64,000 nt of DNA from Hyphomicrobiales bacterium. GTDB taxonomy: Bacteria > Pseudomonadota > Alphaproteobacteria > Rhizobiales > Aestuariivirgaceae. The translations under genes and the position numbers were made by a program. Numbering within the stretch: position 1 is the first letter of the stretch; the number at the start of each line of letters is the position of its first letter. The DNA lies in the NCBI GenBank assembly GCA_043754325.1, contig JAYUVC010000184.1:29872-93871 (forward strand). The letters are read 5' to 3'. The notes under the pieces were generated by a model, which saw nothing but the letters and a program-made list of their open reading frames with translations, made no database searches and had not been told where the DNA came from. Positions 40,015 to 51,601 of this stretch are shown in pieces.

Positions 40015-41108
40015 TGGCTGTTGCAGCGGTTTATTTTGATGGTGAGATTGCGCGTGAGCATGCAGTGACGGTCACTCGTGTGGGTTCGAATCTTGTGTTC
40101 CGGGGGTCTGAGACAACGCCGACCACGTGGAGCATTGCAGGGCTGCACCCGATTGATGCGCCCACACCGGGACAGCCGTTCCGCATTACCCACGACGATA
40201 AACCCGGTGCCAGACTGATTGTGCGCGATCAGGCTTTTATTGACGATCTGGTGGCACAGAACAGTCACCTGAAGGGCGGCTATTCCTGGCGGCATCTGGG
40301 GCATGTATTGGGCTGGACTGCTGCGGGCTTTGCCGGATTGGCAGCACTGGGCTATGTCGCCATGACCGTGCTGCCGCAGCAGGTGGCAGGTCTTTTGCCA
40401 CAGAGTTGGCGGCAGCGCATGGGTGAACAGATCACTGGCTCCCTGGTCGGATCTACAAAAAAATGCGATACGGCAGGCAGCAGAACGGGCATTGCGGCAA
40501 TGGTTGGGGCGTTGGCTGAAAGTGGCGTGGATATTCCGCCCGTACAAATCGACATCTATGACATGGATATGGTCAATGCCTTTGCTGTACCCGGCGGGCG
40601 CATTGTGTTGACGCGCGGGCTATTGAAAGAAGCGTCGGACGCCACAGAGGTTGCTGGCGTGCTGGCCCATGAATTGGGTCATGTTTATCATCTGCATCCC
40701 GAAGCGCAAATGGTGCGCTTTGCCGGTTTGCAGGTTCTGGCGGGTGCGGTTTCAGGCGGTGCCAGTGGCGATCTGGTGTCCAGTGCAGCAGGGCTTGCCG
40801 CCATCCTGCGCTACACCCGGGAAGCCGAGCGGGAAGCTGACACATTTGCACGCGACGTGATGGTGAAGGCCTCGGTAGATCCCATTGGCCTCAAACATTT
40901 CTTTGAGAAACTGATGAAACTTGAAGGCATGAAACCCGGCGCACCTGCCAAAGAGACTTCCGCACTGGACCGTATTGGAAACGTGTTCTCAACGCACCCC
41001 GGCACCGAAGACCGGATCAAGGAAATTCAACCCCTGCCAGCAGGCAAAACGCCGGTGCAGATCATGACGGATCAGCAGTTCAAGGATTTGCAGAAGGCGT
41101 GCGGGTGA
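40014..41108 (+). CDS. M48 family metallopeptidase (usual DUF898 partner)
   Basis: NAFAVPGG, HELGH, REAEREAD, STHP. Confidence 0.92.
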   Translation: MAVAAVYFDGEIAREHAVTVTRVGSNLVFRGSETTPTTWSIAGLHPIDAPTPGQPFRITHDDKPGARLIVRDQAFIDDLVAQNSHLKGGYSWRHLGHVLGWTAAGFAGLAALGYVAMTVLPQQVAGLLPQSWRQRMGEQITGSLVGSTKKCDTAGSRTGIAAMVGALAESGVDIPPVQIDIYDMDMVNAFAVPGGRIVLTRGLLKEASDATEVAGVLAHELGHVYHLHPEAQMVRFAGLQVLAGAVSGGASGDLVSSAAGLAAILRYTREAEREADTFARDVMVKASVDPIGLKHFFEKLMKLEGMKPGAPAKETSALDRIGNVFSTHPGTEDRIKEIQPLPAGKTPVQIMTDQQFKDLQKACG

Positions 41109-41110
41109 AC

Positions 41111-41259
41111 GAAAGGCCCCCATCGCCCTTCGGGCACTTCCCCAACAAGTTGGGGAAGAACTGGTGCCGCCACCTCCCTCATCATGTTCAGGAGAGGTCG
41201 TTCATCGAGTCCTTCCCCAACTTGTTGGGGAAGTGCCCGAAGGGCGATGGGGGCCTTTC
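41111..41259. repeat. Palindromic repeat, family B: perfect 48-bp arms around a 53-bp unique core
   Basis: 41111-41158 is the exact reverse complement of 41212-41259. Confidence 0.95.
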
Positions 41260-41535
41260 TACCCGCAACTCCCTCTCTTCATGCAGCACAAACCATTCCA
41301 CCATTGCCGACCACACTGTGCGGGCCAGATCAGGGTTCATGCCGATCAGTTCCGCGCGGGCGGCTGCATTGTTGATCACTTCGTCGACACGGGACTGAAT
41401 GCGGCCCGGCAGCTTTGTGGTTTTCTTGAAGACCAGAACGTCGCCCACGAGTTTTTCGCGTTTGGCCAAAAGCTCGATCAGTTGAACATCGAGTGCATCT
41501 ATTTGTTTGCGGAAGTCAGAGAGTTGGTCGCCCAT
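41188..41535 (-). CDS. Chorismate mutase (AroQ/PchB-like) with repeat-derived C-terminus
   Basis: LSDFRKQIDALDVQLIELLAKRE, RVDEVI. The last 23 codons and the stop lie inside the 41111-41259 repeat. Confidence 0.85.
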   Translation of the reverse strand: MGDQLSDFRKQIDALDVQLIELLAKREKLVGDVLVFKKTTKLPGRIQSRVDEVINNAAARAELIGMNPDLARTVWSAMVEWFVLHEERELRVERPPSPFGHFPNKLGKDSMNDLS

Positions 41536-41559
41536 GCCAATTATTTGGCCTTGCAATTA

Positions 41560-43710
41560 TCAATTTGCCATGCGGCCACTTGTAGCAGTGCGGGCCCTTG
41601 GTTCATAAACCCATGGTCGCAAGCCCTGTGTTTCGCGGACATGCGCCACCTCGCCATCCGCAAAAACAGCATAGGCACCATTGCGCCAGACATCGAAGCG
41701 ATCAACAGTAACCTTGGAGCCCTTGCAGCGCCGCCGCAATGGTTCTTGCGAGACGAGGACATCGGCGTTCGGGCAGCGCTGCATTCCCAATGGTTGTTTG
41801 AGCATGAACGCTATTTTCAATCCTGATTGGGTCGCCTCGCAACGAACCAGAGAACATGTCCACCCCACACGTTTTGCAGCATTCTTGAATCCACCCGTAT
41901 CACCTGCCTGCGTCAACCAGCGCGACACTGATTCTGCCCCCTGTTTCGGACTGGCGGGAACCAGACCCAGTTCGGTCACCAAAGCCACATTGCCTGCGCG
42001 TTCATCGATCAGAAGCAAGGGTTGAGCGCCGCCGCGCGAGATTAATGCAATAGCCAATACCGCAAACGGAACTGCCAGCAGGCGCAGCCGCGTGATGGGC
42101 AAAAACAGGAAAGCTGACGCAAGCGCCAAGGCTGCTGCTGCATTCACATCGATCAAGGGAAGGCGCAGCCCGGAGCCCGGCAAACGCGCCACCCCATCAG
42201 ACACCAGCATGACCCCCTGCAAGCCCCACCCCATGAGTTTCAAGGGAATGGCATCCAGCCCCAAGGGCATCAACATGACGCCTGCCATGGCGGCTGGCAT
42301 GACGATCAGGCTGACAATGGGCAAAGCCAGGGCATTGGCCACAATGCCATAGGGTGCCAACCTGCCGAAGTGATGCATGGCAGGAATTCCCGACAGGCTG
42401 CCCGCCACAAGTGATGTTGCAAGCGAAGCTGCAGATCCCAAGGCGATGCGCCGCGTCCAATGCGCAACGAAACCGCCGCGATTGAGTTTTGTCGGTGCAG
42501 GCACCAGCTTTTTCCACCACACGAAGAAGGCGGCCAAACCCATGACCGCCATGAACGACATCTGGAAACTTGCGGCCAAAGCCTGTTCCGGCGACCACAC
42601 CAAAATCAATACAGCAGCCAATGCGAGATTGTGCAATGACAGCGCGGGGCGGTCCACCAGCACGGCGAAAAACACCACGGCAATCATGATGAATGATCGC
42701 TCCGTTGCAGCGCCGGAATCCGCCAGCAACATGTAAAGCAGGCCCACAAGAATTGCGAAGCCTGCGGCCCATTTTTTGATGGGGTATGTCAGGGCGAGTG
42801 TGGGTGACAGGGCCAGAAATGCCCGCAGTGTCCAGAATGCGCCGCCCGCCACAAGCGCCATATGCAGGCCCGAGATCGAGAGGATGTGAAACAAACCTGA
42901 CGCCTGTAAACTTTCGTTCATGCTGCGCGGAATTGAAGCGCGTTCTCCGGTGATGACCGCATCGGCAAAACTGCCAAGTGGCCCGCGAATGGCATCACGC
43001 ACACGGCTGCCGATTGCAGCACGCAAATCATGGAAGCTGCGCCTTACGACAAAACGCCAGGGAACCGGTTCGCTCAGAATCTCAACATCGGTTTTGCTGC
43101 GCCCAACAGCGCCGATGGACTGGAAAAACAATTGTCGGCCATAATCAAAGCCGCCGGGTTGTGCTGGCCTTGGCAGCGGTGCCAAATCTGCTGTCAGTTT
43201 CACTGTGTCACCGACATGGGGCAAAACATGTTTACCGGTAATTTGGACCAACACGCGGCGCGGGCGCTCAACTTCCAGCAAACCTGCGGCTTCAGTGATT
43301 TCGAGGTTCAGTGAAAACCGCAGCTTGGAGCGTACATCCACATCGACAACATGACCGATTATAGTTTGCATCGGCGCGTAAGCCCGCAGTAATGGTGTGG
43401 CCACCCATTGCGTGCGCAGTTCCGCCGTGGAAAATCCGAGAACAACAATCACCAGTATTTTTGCACCCTGCGGTGTGCGGGGCCACAGCAATGCGGCCAC
43501 GCAAAACAGCACAAGCGGGAGAGCCAGATATCCCGGTGGTTCCCGGTTCAGCGAAAAGTAAGTCCAGATCCCGACGACCAGAAGCAACGGGCTCCACACC
43601 ATGAGACGCTGGCTTTCAATGTCAAAAGCTTCCGCCCACCCCGCCATGCGGAGCAGTTGCCCCCCTTTGACGGGAAGTGACCATGTGCTATCCGCCTCCC
43701 CAACAGCCAT
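41560..43710 (-). CDS. comEC: ComEC/Rec2 competence protein
   Basis: DUF4131-like region, [25 protein letters not shown]; comEC-gltX-gltA synteny. Confidence 0.92.
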   Translation of the reverse strand: MAVGEADSTWSLPVKGGQLLRMAGWAEAFDIESQRLMVWSPLLLVVGIWTYFSLNREPPGYLALPLVLFCVAALLWPRTPQGAKILVIVVLGFSTAELRTQWVATPLLRAYAPMQTIIGHVVDVDVRSKLRFSLNLEITEAAGLLEVERPRRVLVQITGKHVLPHVGDTVKLTADLAPLPRPAQPGGFDYGRQLFFQSIGAVGRSKTDVEILSEPVPWRFVVRRSFHDLRAAIGSRVRDAIRGPLGSFADAVITGERASIPRSMNESLQASGLFHILSISGLHMALVAGGAFWTLRAFLALSPTLALTYPIKKWAAGFAILVGLLYMLLADSGAATERSFIMIAVVFFAVLVDRPALSLHNLALAAVLILVWSPEQALAASFQMSFMAVMGLAAFFVWWKKLVPAPTKLNRGGFVAHWTRRIALGSAASLATSLVAGSLSGIPAMHHFGRLAPYGIVANALALPIVSLIVMPAAMAGVMLMPLGLDAIPLKLMGWGLQGVMLVSDGVARLPGSGLRLPLIDVNAAAALALASAFLFLPITRLRLLAVPFAVLAIALISRGGAQPLLLIDERAGNVALVTELGLVPASPKQGAESVSRWLTQAGDTGGFKNAAKRVGWTCSLVRCEATQSGLKIAFMLKQPLGMQRCPNADVLVSQEPLRRRCKGSKVTVDRFDVWRNGAYAVFADGEVAHVRETQGLRPWVYEPRARTATSGRMAN

Positions 43711-43752
43711 CGTGCTTTTCCCCGTCTCGACCTTAGAAGGAAACCGGCGTCC

Positions 43753-45186
43753 ATGTCATCGCCTGTTATGTCATCGCCTGTTATTACGCGTTTTGCCCCC
43801 TCGCCCACCGGCTACCTGCATATCGGCGGTGCCCGCACTGCCCTGTTCAACTGGGCCTACGCCAAAGGGCAAAACGGCAAGATGCTGCTGCGCATCGAAG
43901 ATACGGATCGTGAGCGTTATACAACGGGGGCTGTTGATGCCATTCTGGATGGACTGACATGGCTGGGGCTGACGTGGGATGGAGACGCCGTTTCACAATT
44001 TGACCGGGCTGACCGCCATCGGGATGTGGCGCATGATTTGGTGAAACGCGGCAAGGCCTATCATTGTTATTGCACGCCTGAAGAACTTAGCGCCATGCGC
44101 ACCAAGGCGGAAGCCGAAAAGCGCCCGATCCGCTATGACGGCACATGGCGGGACCGCGATGCATCAGAAGCGCCCGCAGATGTAAAGCCAGTCATCCGCT
44201 TCAAGGCTCCACAAGAAGGTGAAACCGTAATCAACGATCATGCCATGGGGCGCGTCGTCATCCCCAACAAGGATCTCGATGATTTGATCATCCTGCGCTC
44301 CGACGGCAACCCAACTTACAATCTCTCCGTCGTCGTGGATGACCATGACATGGGCGTCACCCACATCATCCGCGGTGTTGATCACTTGACGAATGCGGCA
44401 CGGCAAACACAAATCTATCTGGCCATGGATTGGCCCGTGCCATCCATGACACATGTGCCGCTGATCCACGGACCCGATGGTGCGAAACTTTCAAAGCGCC
44501 ACGGCGCCCTCGGCGTCGAAGCCTATCGCGAAATGGGCTATCTTCCCGCAGCGCTGCGCAACTATCTCGCCCGCCTCGGTTGGAGCCATGGCGATGACGA
44601 AATCTTTTCCACCGCACAACTCGTGGAATGGTTCGCCTTGGATGGCATCGGCAAGTCAGCTGCCCGTTTTGATTTTGCCAAACTGGAAAACCTCAACGGC
44701 CATTACATCCGCCACACCGAAGATGCTGAATTGCTGCAAGCCTTCCTCAGCTTCCTGCCCCACGTCTCAGGCGGTGCAGACATGCTCACCCGCATTGACG
44801 ACAGCATGAAAGTCAAACTCTTGAAGGCCATGCCCGGTCTGAAGGAACGCGCCAAAACCCTCGTCGAGCTCAAAACCTCAGCCGCATACCTGTTCGTGCA
44901 ACGCCCATTGGCCATGGACGAAAAAGCCAAGGCCCTGTTGAACGACGAAGGCAAAGCCGCCCTCGCAAGCCTGATCCCCGTCCTTTCATCCACCACCGAA
45001 TGGACCGCCGTAACCTTGGAAGCCGCAGTCAAAACCCACGTTGAAACCACCGGCCAAAAGCTGGGAAAACTCGCACAGCCCTTACGCGCCGCGTTGACAG
45101 GAACATCCACATCGCCAGGGATTTTTGATGTGCTGGAGGTGTTGGGGAGAGATGAGAGCTTGGGCCGGATTGGGGATCAGGCGTAG
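43753..45186 (+). CDS. gltX: Glutamate--tRNA ligase
   Basis: [33 protein letters not shown]. Alternative start 43768. Confidence 0.98.
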   Translation: MSSPVMSSPVITRFAPSPTGYLHIGGARTALFNWAYAKGQNGKMLLRIEDTDRERYTTGAVDAILDGLTWLGLTWDGDAVSQFDRADRHRDVAHDLVKRGKAYHCYCTPEELSAMRTKAEAEKRPIRYDGTWRDRDASEAPADVKPVIRFKAPQEGETVINDHAMGRVVIPNKDLDDLIILRSDGNPTYNLSVVVDDHDMGVTHIIRGVDHLTNAARQTQIYLAMDWPVPSMTHVPLIHGPDGAKLSKRHGALGVEAYREMGYLPAALRNYLARLGWSHGDDEIFSTAQLVEWFALDGIGKSAARFDFAKLENLNGHYIRHTEDAELLQAFLSFLPHVSGGADMLTRIDDSMKVKLLKAMPGLKERAKTLVELKTSAAYLFVQRPLAMDEKAKALLNDEGKAALASLIPVLSSTTEWTAVTLEAAVKTHVETTGQKLGKLAQPLRAALTGTSTSPGIFDVLEVLGRDESLGRIGDQA

Positions 45187-45219
45187 GGGACTGTTTGCTC
45201 TTTCTCGCAAACTGTCCCC
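45186..45219. repeat. REP-like hairpin (family E) downstream of RAYT
   Basis: GGGGACTGTTTGC-TCTTTCTC-GCAAACTGTCCCC (one T-T mismatch), preceded by GTA; overlaps the gltX TAG. Confidence 0.88.
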
Positions 45220-45231
45220 GAACTGCCCCCG

Positions 45232-45825
45232 TCAAACCACCGCAAATCGCCCCAGTGGTCTGCCACTCGTTTCACTCTTGCGAAGCGCATCCAATCGCGA
45301 TTTCGGCACCTCCCCACCAATGAAAGACGCAAAGTCGAGATAGCGTTGCAATACTGGTTTCACGTCAACCAGCTGATGGGGTTGGCCTGAAACATGCGCG
45401 TGAACGGATGAGTGTGGCCAATCGAAAATGGATGCTGCAATGCCGGCTCTCACTGGGTTTTGCGCTACATATCGTAGGGCATGCGCCAGATGTTCCTCGT
45501 CCATCGGCACAGAACCAAAACGCCCCTGCCACAAATGCCCGGTCCATTTGTGCCGCCAATTGATGAAGTTTGTGTATTTTCGGTGCGCATCGGCAAACAA
45601 TTCCCTCAAACCATTGGCATGGCGCGGCACCACAATCACGTGAACATGGTTGGGCATCAGGCAGTAGGCCAAAATTTTAGTCCCAGATTTTTCTGCGCCT
45701 TCGCCAAGAAACGCAAGATAGCGCGCGTAATCTCCATCTTCAAAGAACACCGGTTCGCGCCTGTTTCCCCGCTGGGTAACATGATGCGGCACATCGGGGA
45801 TGACAATACGGGCAATACGGGCCAT
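45232..45825 (-). CDS. REP-associated tyrosine transposase (RAYT, HUH Y1)
   Basis: [20 protein letters not shown] (HUH), [26 protein letters not shown] at 45825 with GGAG SD. Confidence 0.92.
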   Translation of the reverse strand: MARIARIVIPDVPHHVTQRGNRREPVFFEDGDYARYLAFLGEGAEKSGTKILAYCLMPNHVHVIVVPRHANGLRELFADAHRKYTNFINWRHKWTGHLWQGRFGSVPMDEEHLAHALRYVAQNPVRAGIAASIFDWPHSSVHAHVSGQPHQLVDVKPVLQRYLDFASFIGGEVPKSRLDALRKSETSGRPLGRFAVV

Positions 45826-45843
45826 GGACAGAACTCCAGATCC

Positions 45844-45952
45844 GGGACAGTTTACTTGAGATCGGGGACAGTTTACTTTTCCGATGAGGTGTATGTCCAT
45901 AGTAAGACAATCAACAAAAGTAAACTGTCCCCGATCTCAAGTAAACTGTCCC
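45844..45952. repeat. Perfect 37-bp inverted repeat with 35-bp spacer upstream of RAYT
   Basis: Each arm is a tandem pair of GGGACAGTTTACTT with a 21-bp period. Confidence 0.95.
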
Positions 45953-46017
45953 TACCCGTCAGCCACATTGACCTTCTTGTTGCGCTGCAATATCATGCCC
46001 TGAAATGGGAGATCATC

Positions 46018-47313
<1,296 letters not shown>

Positions 47314-47319
47314 GGGACC

Positions 47320-47790
47320 TCACACCCTCTTCCCGTCAATCAACATCGCCCCAATCTCAGCCTCGGCCACCTTCTTGCCCTCCACATGCGCCTCTGCTGA
47401 ATACTTCCATACCGGGGCCCGTTTCTGCATCAGCTTCACATGGAAAAGCACCTGGTCCCCCGGCACCACAGGTTTTCTGAATCGACACTTGTCGATTGAC
47501 ATGAAGAACACCAGTTTTCCGGCGTCACCTTCGCCCAGGTTTTCCAGCACGATCGCGCCTGCCGTTTGCGCCATGGCTTCCACCAGCAGCACGCCCGGAA
47601 ACACCGGTTGACCGGGAAAGTGGCCCTGGAAAAACGGTTCGTTGATGGTGACGTTCTTGATGGCGGTGCCACTGCCCTCGCCGTCGACATTGATCAGGCG
47701 GTCAATCAACAGAAACGGATAACGGTGCGGCAGCAACTGCATGATGCGGATGATGTCGAGGGTTTTGCCAGTGGCGGGCGTGTCGGTCAT
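47320..47790 (-). CDS. fabZ: 3-hydroxyacyl-ACP dehydratase
   Basis: [35 protein letters not shown]. Start MTDTP with GAGG SD. Confidence 0.97.
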   Translation of the reverse strand: MTDTPATGKTLDIIRIMQLLPHRYPFLLIDRLINVDGEGSGTAIKNVTINEPFFQGHFPGQPVFPGVLLVEAMAQTAGAIVLENLGEGDAGKLVFFMSIDKCRFRKPVVPGDQVLFHVKLMQKRAPVWKYSAEAHVEGKKVAEAEIGAMLIDGKRV

Positions 47791-47800
47791 GATGGTCCTC

Positions 47801-47829
47801 AAAACAAAAAGGCGGGAAAAAATCCCGCC
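47801..47829 (-). terminator. Rho-independent terminator between bamA and fabZ
   Basis: Minus strand GGCGGGA-TTTTT-TCCCGCC followed by TTTTTGTTTT. Confidence 0.75.
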
Positions 47830-47855
47830 CCTTGTAGCTGATTGCGCAGAGAATT

Positions 47856-50210
47856 CTAGAAGCGTGTGCCGATCGAGAAGCGGACGATTTCCTTCTCGTC
47901 GAACTTCTTTTTGAGGATTGGATAGGCGGCTTCGAGACGGAGCGGACCAAATGGCGACTGCCAGATCACGCCTGCACCGACTGAGGCACGGAAGCCCATG
48001 GAGTCGAGTACAGAGCATGCGCCCGTAAATGTTCCATTGCCCGGGCAGTTTGCTCCGCCATTGGCAACCGACCGCTGATCCGTTCCAAACACCGTACCAA
48101 AATCCGAGAACACCGTTCCGCTGATGCCCCAGGCCTCCGGAATGCCAATCGGGAAATTCGCTTCGAGTGTACCGATGGCGTAAGTCTGGGCACCAATTGA
48201 ATCCATGCCGCCGTCATTGCCGATCTGTTTTGGACCAATGCCGGACTGGCTGAAACCGCGGAAGCTGTCAGCACCTTTGAAGAAACGGTCCTGCAGCGGA
48301 ATATTCCGATTGCCGAAGGATTGCTGATGACCAGCATTGCCTTCAATTTTCACAACCACTTTTTCGTCAAGCAATGGGATGAAATACCAGGCGTGACCTT
48401 CAACCGACGCATATTGCGTGTTGCCGCCAAGACCTGCAACTTCAGTTTCAAGTTCGGCGCGCAAACCAGATGCCGGGTTCAATGGATTGTCGAGGTCGTC
48501 ATAGATGTAGGTCGCTGACAGCGCCGATTTCCAGTCCTTGCCTTGCTGTTCAATAATGGCAGGGGAAGACGAGGCGATGGTCACACCTTTGGTGACGCGA
48601 TGCGCCAACAGGTATTTGAAATTCAAAGACGAGAATTCATCCAGCGCAAAGCCTGCGCGCAAAGCGCCGCCAATTTGTTCGCTGGTATAGGAGGATGCGC
48701 TCTTGTTATCGACGCGGGTTGCAAACAGGTCAACGCCAAGCGACACTGGCGTTCCCATGAAATAAGGTTCGGTGAAGCTGAAATCCACCTGCTGCTTTTT
48801 GAAACTCAGTTGGGTATTCAGCTTCACATTATAGCCGCGGCCAAACAGGTTGCGCTCTTCAAGTCCGACGGAGCCAACAATGGTTTCAACTGACGAATAA
48901 CCAATCGAGAATGTCACGGAGCCTGTGGCTTTTTCCGCGACTTCGATGACCAGCACCACCTTGTCAGCGGCAGAACCTTCTTCTTCGCGGAAGTCGACTT
49001 TTTCGAAATAGTCCAGTGCAGTGAGGCGGCGGCGGGCGCGTTCGACCAGGGTGCGGTTATAGGCATCACCTTCGTACAGGCGCAATTCGCGGCGGATGAC
49101 ATCATCGAGGGTGCGGGTGTTACCGATGATGTCGATGCGTTCCACATAGGTGCGTGGACCTTCGGTGATGTTATAGGTCAAATTGACGGTGGCGTTCGAC
49201 GGGTTGCGGTCCACCTTCGGCTCAACCCTGGCAAAGACAAAGCCCTGGTTCGAAGCTTCGAGCGTCAATTTTTCAACCGACTTGTCAACCTTCGCCGCAT
49301 TGTAAGTGTCACCTACACCGGTTGACACTTTGCGGGCCAGGGCATCAGGGTTCAGGTTATTGTCGCCAATATTCACGGCCACATCGGCGATGGAATAACG
49401 CGGGCCTTCGGTGACCACAAAATCCACGAGGAAGCTTTGGCCATCGTCAGTCAAGCGCGCATCTGCCGAAACGACATCCACATCGGCGTAGCCATTTTTC
49501 AGATAGTAACGGCGCAACAATTCCTTGTCATATTCAAGGCGGTCAGAATCATAAGTGGTGTTGCGCAGAAAGAAGAACAGCTTTGAATGTTCCTTGGTGG
49601 CGATCACGTCACGCAGGTCGCCGTCGCTGAAGGCGTCGTTGCCGGAAAAGTTGATCTGTTCGACTTGCGTCTTGCCGCCTTCATTGACTTCGAACACGAG
49701 GTTGATGCGGTTTTCAGGCAGGCGAATGAGTTTGGGTGCAACACGCACATTGTAGAAGCCCTGCTTCTGGTAAACCGAAAGAATGCGCTTGGTGTCGGCG
49801 GCGACGCGGGCCTTGGTGTAGATGATGCTTTGGCGCACCTCCACTTCCTTCAGCAAGGTATCGTCGTCAACATCCTCGTTGCCTTCAATGTTGACCAAAT
49901 TGATCAGCGGATTTTCGGACACGGTGACAACCAGTGAACCACCTTGCCGCACCACAGCAACGTCCCTGAACAGACCGGTTTGAAACAAGGCCTTGATTGA
50001 GGCGTCAATCGCCTCATCGCTGAACTGGTCGCCCACGCCCAGTTGCATGTAGGATAAAATGGTTTCGTTCTCGACGCGCTGATTGCCGTTGAACACCACG
50101 TTGTTCACTGTTGCTGCCATGGCAACTTGCGAAAACACCCCCGGCGCAGCCACAGGCAGCACGCCGAATACCAACGCCAAAACCAAACAATATATCAATC
50201 GCATACGCAT
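47856..50210 (-). CDS. bamA: Outer membrane protein assembly factor BamA
   Basis: POTRA repeats ([19 protein letters not shown]), FRGF, SPFGP, C-terminal FSIGTRF. Confidence 0.97.
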   Translation of the reverse strand: MRMRLIYCLVLALVFGVLPVAAPGVFSQVAMAATVNNVVFNGNQRVENETILSYMQLGVGDQFSDEAIDASIKALFQTGLFRDVAVVRQGGSLVVTVSENPLINLVNIEGNEDVDDDTLLKEVEVRQSIIYTKARVAADTKRILSVYQKQGFYNVRVAPKLIRLPENRINLVFEVNEGGKTQVEQINFSGNDAFSDGDLRDVIATKEHSKLFFFLRNTTYDSDRLEYDKELLRRYYLKNGYADVDVVSADARLTDDGQSFLVDFVVTEGPRYSIADVAVNIGDNNLNPDALARKVSTGVGDTYNAAKVDKSVEKLTLEASNQGFVFARVEPKVDRNPSNATVNLTYNITEGPRTYVERIDIIGNTRTLDDVIRRELRLYEGDAYNRTLVERARRRLTALDYFEKVDFREEEGSAADKVVLVIEVAEKATGSVTFSIGYSSVETIVGSVGLEERNLFGRGYNVKLNTQLSFKKQQVDFSFTEPYFMGTPVSLGVDLFATRVDNKSASSYTSEQIGGALRAGFALDEFSSLNFKYLLAHRVTKGVTIASSSPAIIEQQGKDWKSALSATYIYDDLDNPLNPASGLRAELETEVAGLGGNTQYASVEGHAWYFIPLLDEKVVVKIEGNAGHQQSFGNRNIPLQDRFFKGADSFRGFSQSGIGPKQIGNDGGMDSIGAQTYAIGTLEANFPIGIPEAWGISGTVFSDFGTVFGTDQRSVANGGANCPGNGTFTGACSVLDSMGFRASVGAGVIWQSPFGPLRLEAAYPILKKKFDEKEIVRFSIGTRF

Positions 50211-50330
50211 CAAATCGCTACTCTCGCAACTCCGGGAGCCGCCCCCCGCAGCAAATCAGGCCACGCGTTGTCTTTTAGCCAGTCTGACCCGTTATGCAAA
50301 TGAAACATCTGGGCAATTTCGTGGCTGCAT

Positions 50331-51479
50331 TCAGGTACCGAACAGCACATTTGCCACCCTGCCCGTATCATTGAACAAGCCCAGAAGCATAAGCATGACG
50401 ACGCACGTGAAACCAATGCGGTAACCCCATTCCTGTGCCAGCGGACCCAGCGGTTTTCCACGCAAGGCCTCAAGGGCGTAAAACACCAAGTGTCCACCAT
50501 CCAACATCGGGATTGGCAAAAGGTTAACAATGCCTATGGATACGCTTAAAAACGCAATAAAAGATATGAAAGTCATCAACCCGTTAGACGCAGCATCGCC
50601 AGCACCCTTGCCAATGCTGATGGCACCACCGATGCGTTTGATGCTTTCTTCGCCGACGAAGAGTTTTTTCAGGGTTTTTCCTGTCATTGCGATGATGAAC
50701 CACGTGCGTTCGGCACCCTTTTGCAGGGCTATGTGCGGTGGCTGGCGCTCCAGCAGCGGTTCATCGCCACGCTTGTTATGGCCTACTCCCATTTGGCCAA
50801 AACGGAATGTGCCGCCGAAACCATCTTTGACCTCTCTGGCTTTGGCAAGCACGTTGAGTGTCATCGACACGCCATCGCGCTTGATGCCGACGACAAGTGT
50901 TTCGTCCGGCCGGAACATGACCATTTCCGGAATCGATTCGAAATTTGTGACAGCAACGCCGTCAATGCTGGTAATTTCGTCACCAGGTTTGATTCCTGAA
51001 ACTTCCGCAGGAGAACCCTGCATGACCGTGTCGACAATCGGACGCATGTAGCTTGTGCCAATCACCATGTAACCCACGGCAAACAGCAAAATTGCCAGTA
51101 TGAAGTTGGCAAAAGGCCCCGCAGAGACAATGGCGGCGCGTTGCAAAACTGGTTGCGCTTGCAGGCTGCCAGCGGTGCTTTTGGCCTCTTCGCTCAGATC
51201 GGGTTTGCTCGCTGCATTGGCGTCGCCTGCAAATTTCACATAGCCGCCGATGGGCCAGGGCGCCAGCTTCCAGCGGGTGCCGCGCTTGTCGGTGTAACCC
51301 CAGATTTCCTTGCCGAACCCCACAGAAAACACATCGGATTTCACGCCGCACCAGCGGGCTACAATGTAATGGCCGAATTCATGCACAAACACGATCAGCA
51401 AAAGCGCCACAATAAAGGCTGCCACATTGAACAGCACACCCAAGGGTGAAACGGTTTGGATGGCTTCAAAAAAACTCAT
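50331..51479 (-). CDS. rseP: Site-2 protease RseP
   Basis: HEFGH, PIGGYVK, AGP.AN, PDZ domain, NLLPIPMLDGGH. Alternative GTG start 51491. Confidence 0.95.
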   Translation of the reverse strand: MSFFEAIQTVSPLGVLFNVAAFIVALLLIVFVHEFGHYIVARWCGVKSDVFSVGFGKEIWGYTDKRGTRWKLAPWPIGGYVKFAGDANAASKPDLSEEAKSTAGSLQAQPVLQRAAIVSAGPFANFILAILLFAVGYMVIGTSYMRPIVDTVMQGSPAEVSGIKPGDEITSIDGVAVTNFESIPEMVMFRPDETLVVGIKRDGVSMTLNVLAKAREVKDGFGGTFRFGQMGVGHNKRGDEPLLERQPPHIALQKGAERTWFIIAMTGKTLKKLFVGEESIKRIGGAISIGKGAGDAASNGLMTFISFIAFLSVSIGIVNLLPIPMLDGGHLVFYALEALRGKPLGPLAQEWGYRIGFTCVVMLMLLGLFNDTGRVANVLFGT

Positions 51480-51533
51480 TGTCTCATTCACTCCGCATTC
51501 TGGCGCTCTGGTTATTACAGGATTGTGTTCCTG

Positions 51534-51560
51534 TTAAGGCGACATTTACCAAATCTTAAC
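51534..51560. promoter_or_regulatory. Tandem CtrA-like half-sites upstream of rseP-bamA
   Basis: TTAA-N7-TTTA-N7-TTAAC. Confidence 0.4.
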
Positions 51561-51601
51561 CAGAACTGGATGGCATTTGCTTCAAATTCCGGTGGCTATG
51601 G

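Larger units (their letters stand above)
45183..45955 (-). mobile_element. REPtron-like element: RAYT gene flanked by GTAG-tipped palindromes
   Basis: Both outer ends read GTAG-GG(G)AC inward. Left REP hairpin 45186-45219; perfect 37-bp inverted repeat 45844-45880 / 45916-45952. Confidence 0.8.

Noticed and set aside
40080-40092. 13-bp match (GTGGGTTCGAATC) to the tRNA-Lys T-arm as a possible attR
   Set aside because: It lies inside the M48 coding sequence (RVGSN), does not include the tRNA 3' end, and no integrase is present.
41560-42100. ComEC lacking a clear C-terminal metallo-beta-lactamase domain
   Set aside because: Common in alphaproteobacterial ComEC; the ORF is uninterrupted.
45805-45822. 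9-bp tandem repeat at the RAYT start (ARI-ARI)
   Set aside because: It matches the usual MARxARxV N-terminus of this family.
45844-45952. CRISPR mini-array interpretation (37-bp repeat, 35-bp spacer)
   Set aside because: The repeats are inverted, not direct; there is one spacer only and no cas genes. Better explained as a RAYT end.
45481-46017. 179-aa N-terminal extension of gltA in the ORF track (similar extensions on fabZ, recG, sdhE, the caspase and nlpD)
   Set aside because: Artefacts of first-start ORF calling. They overlap other genes, and downstream starts match the family N-termini.
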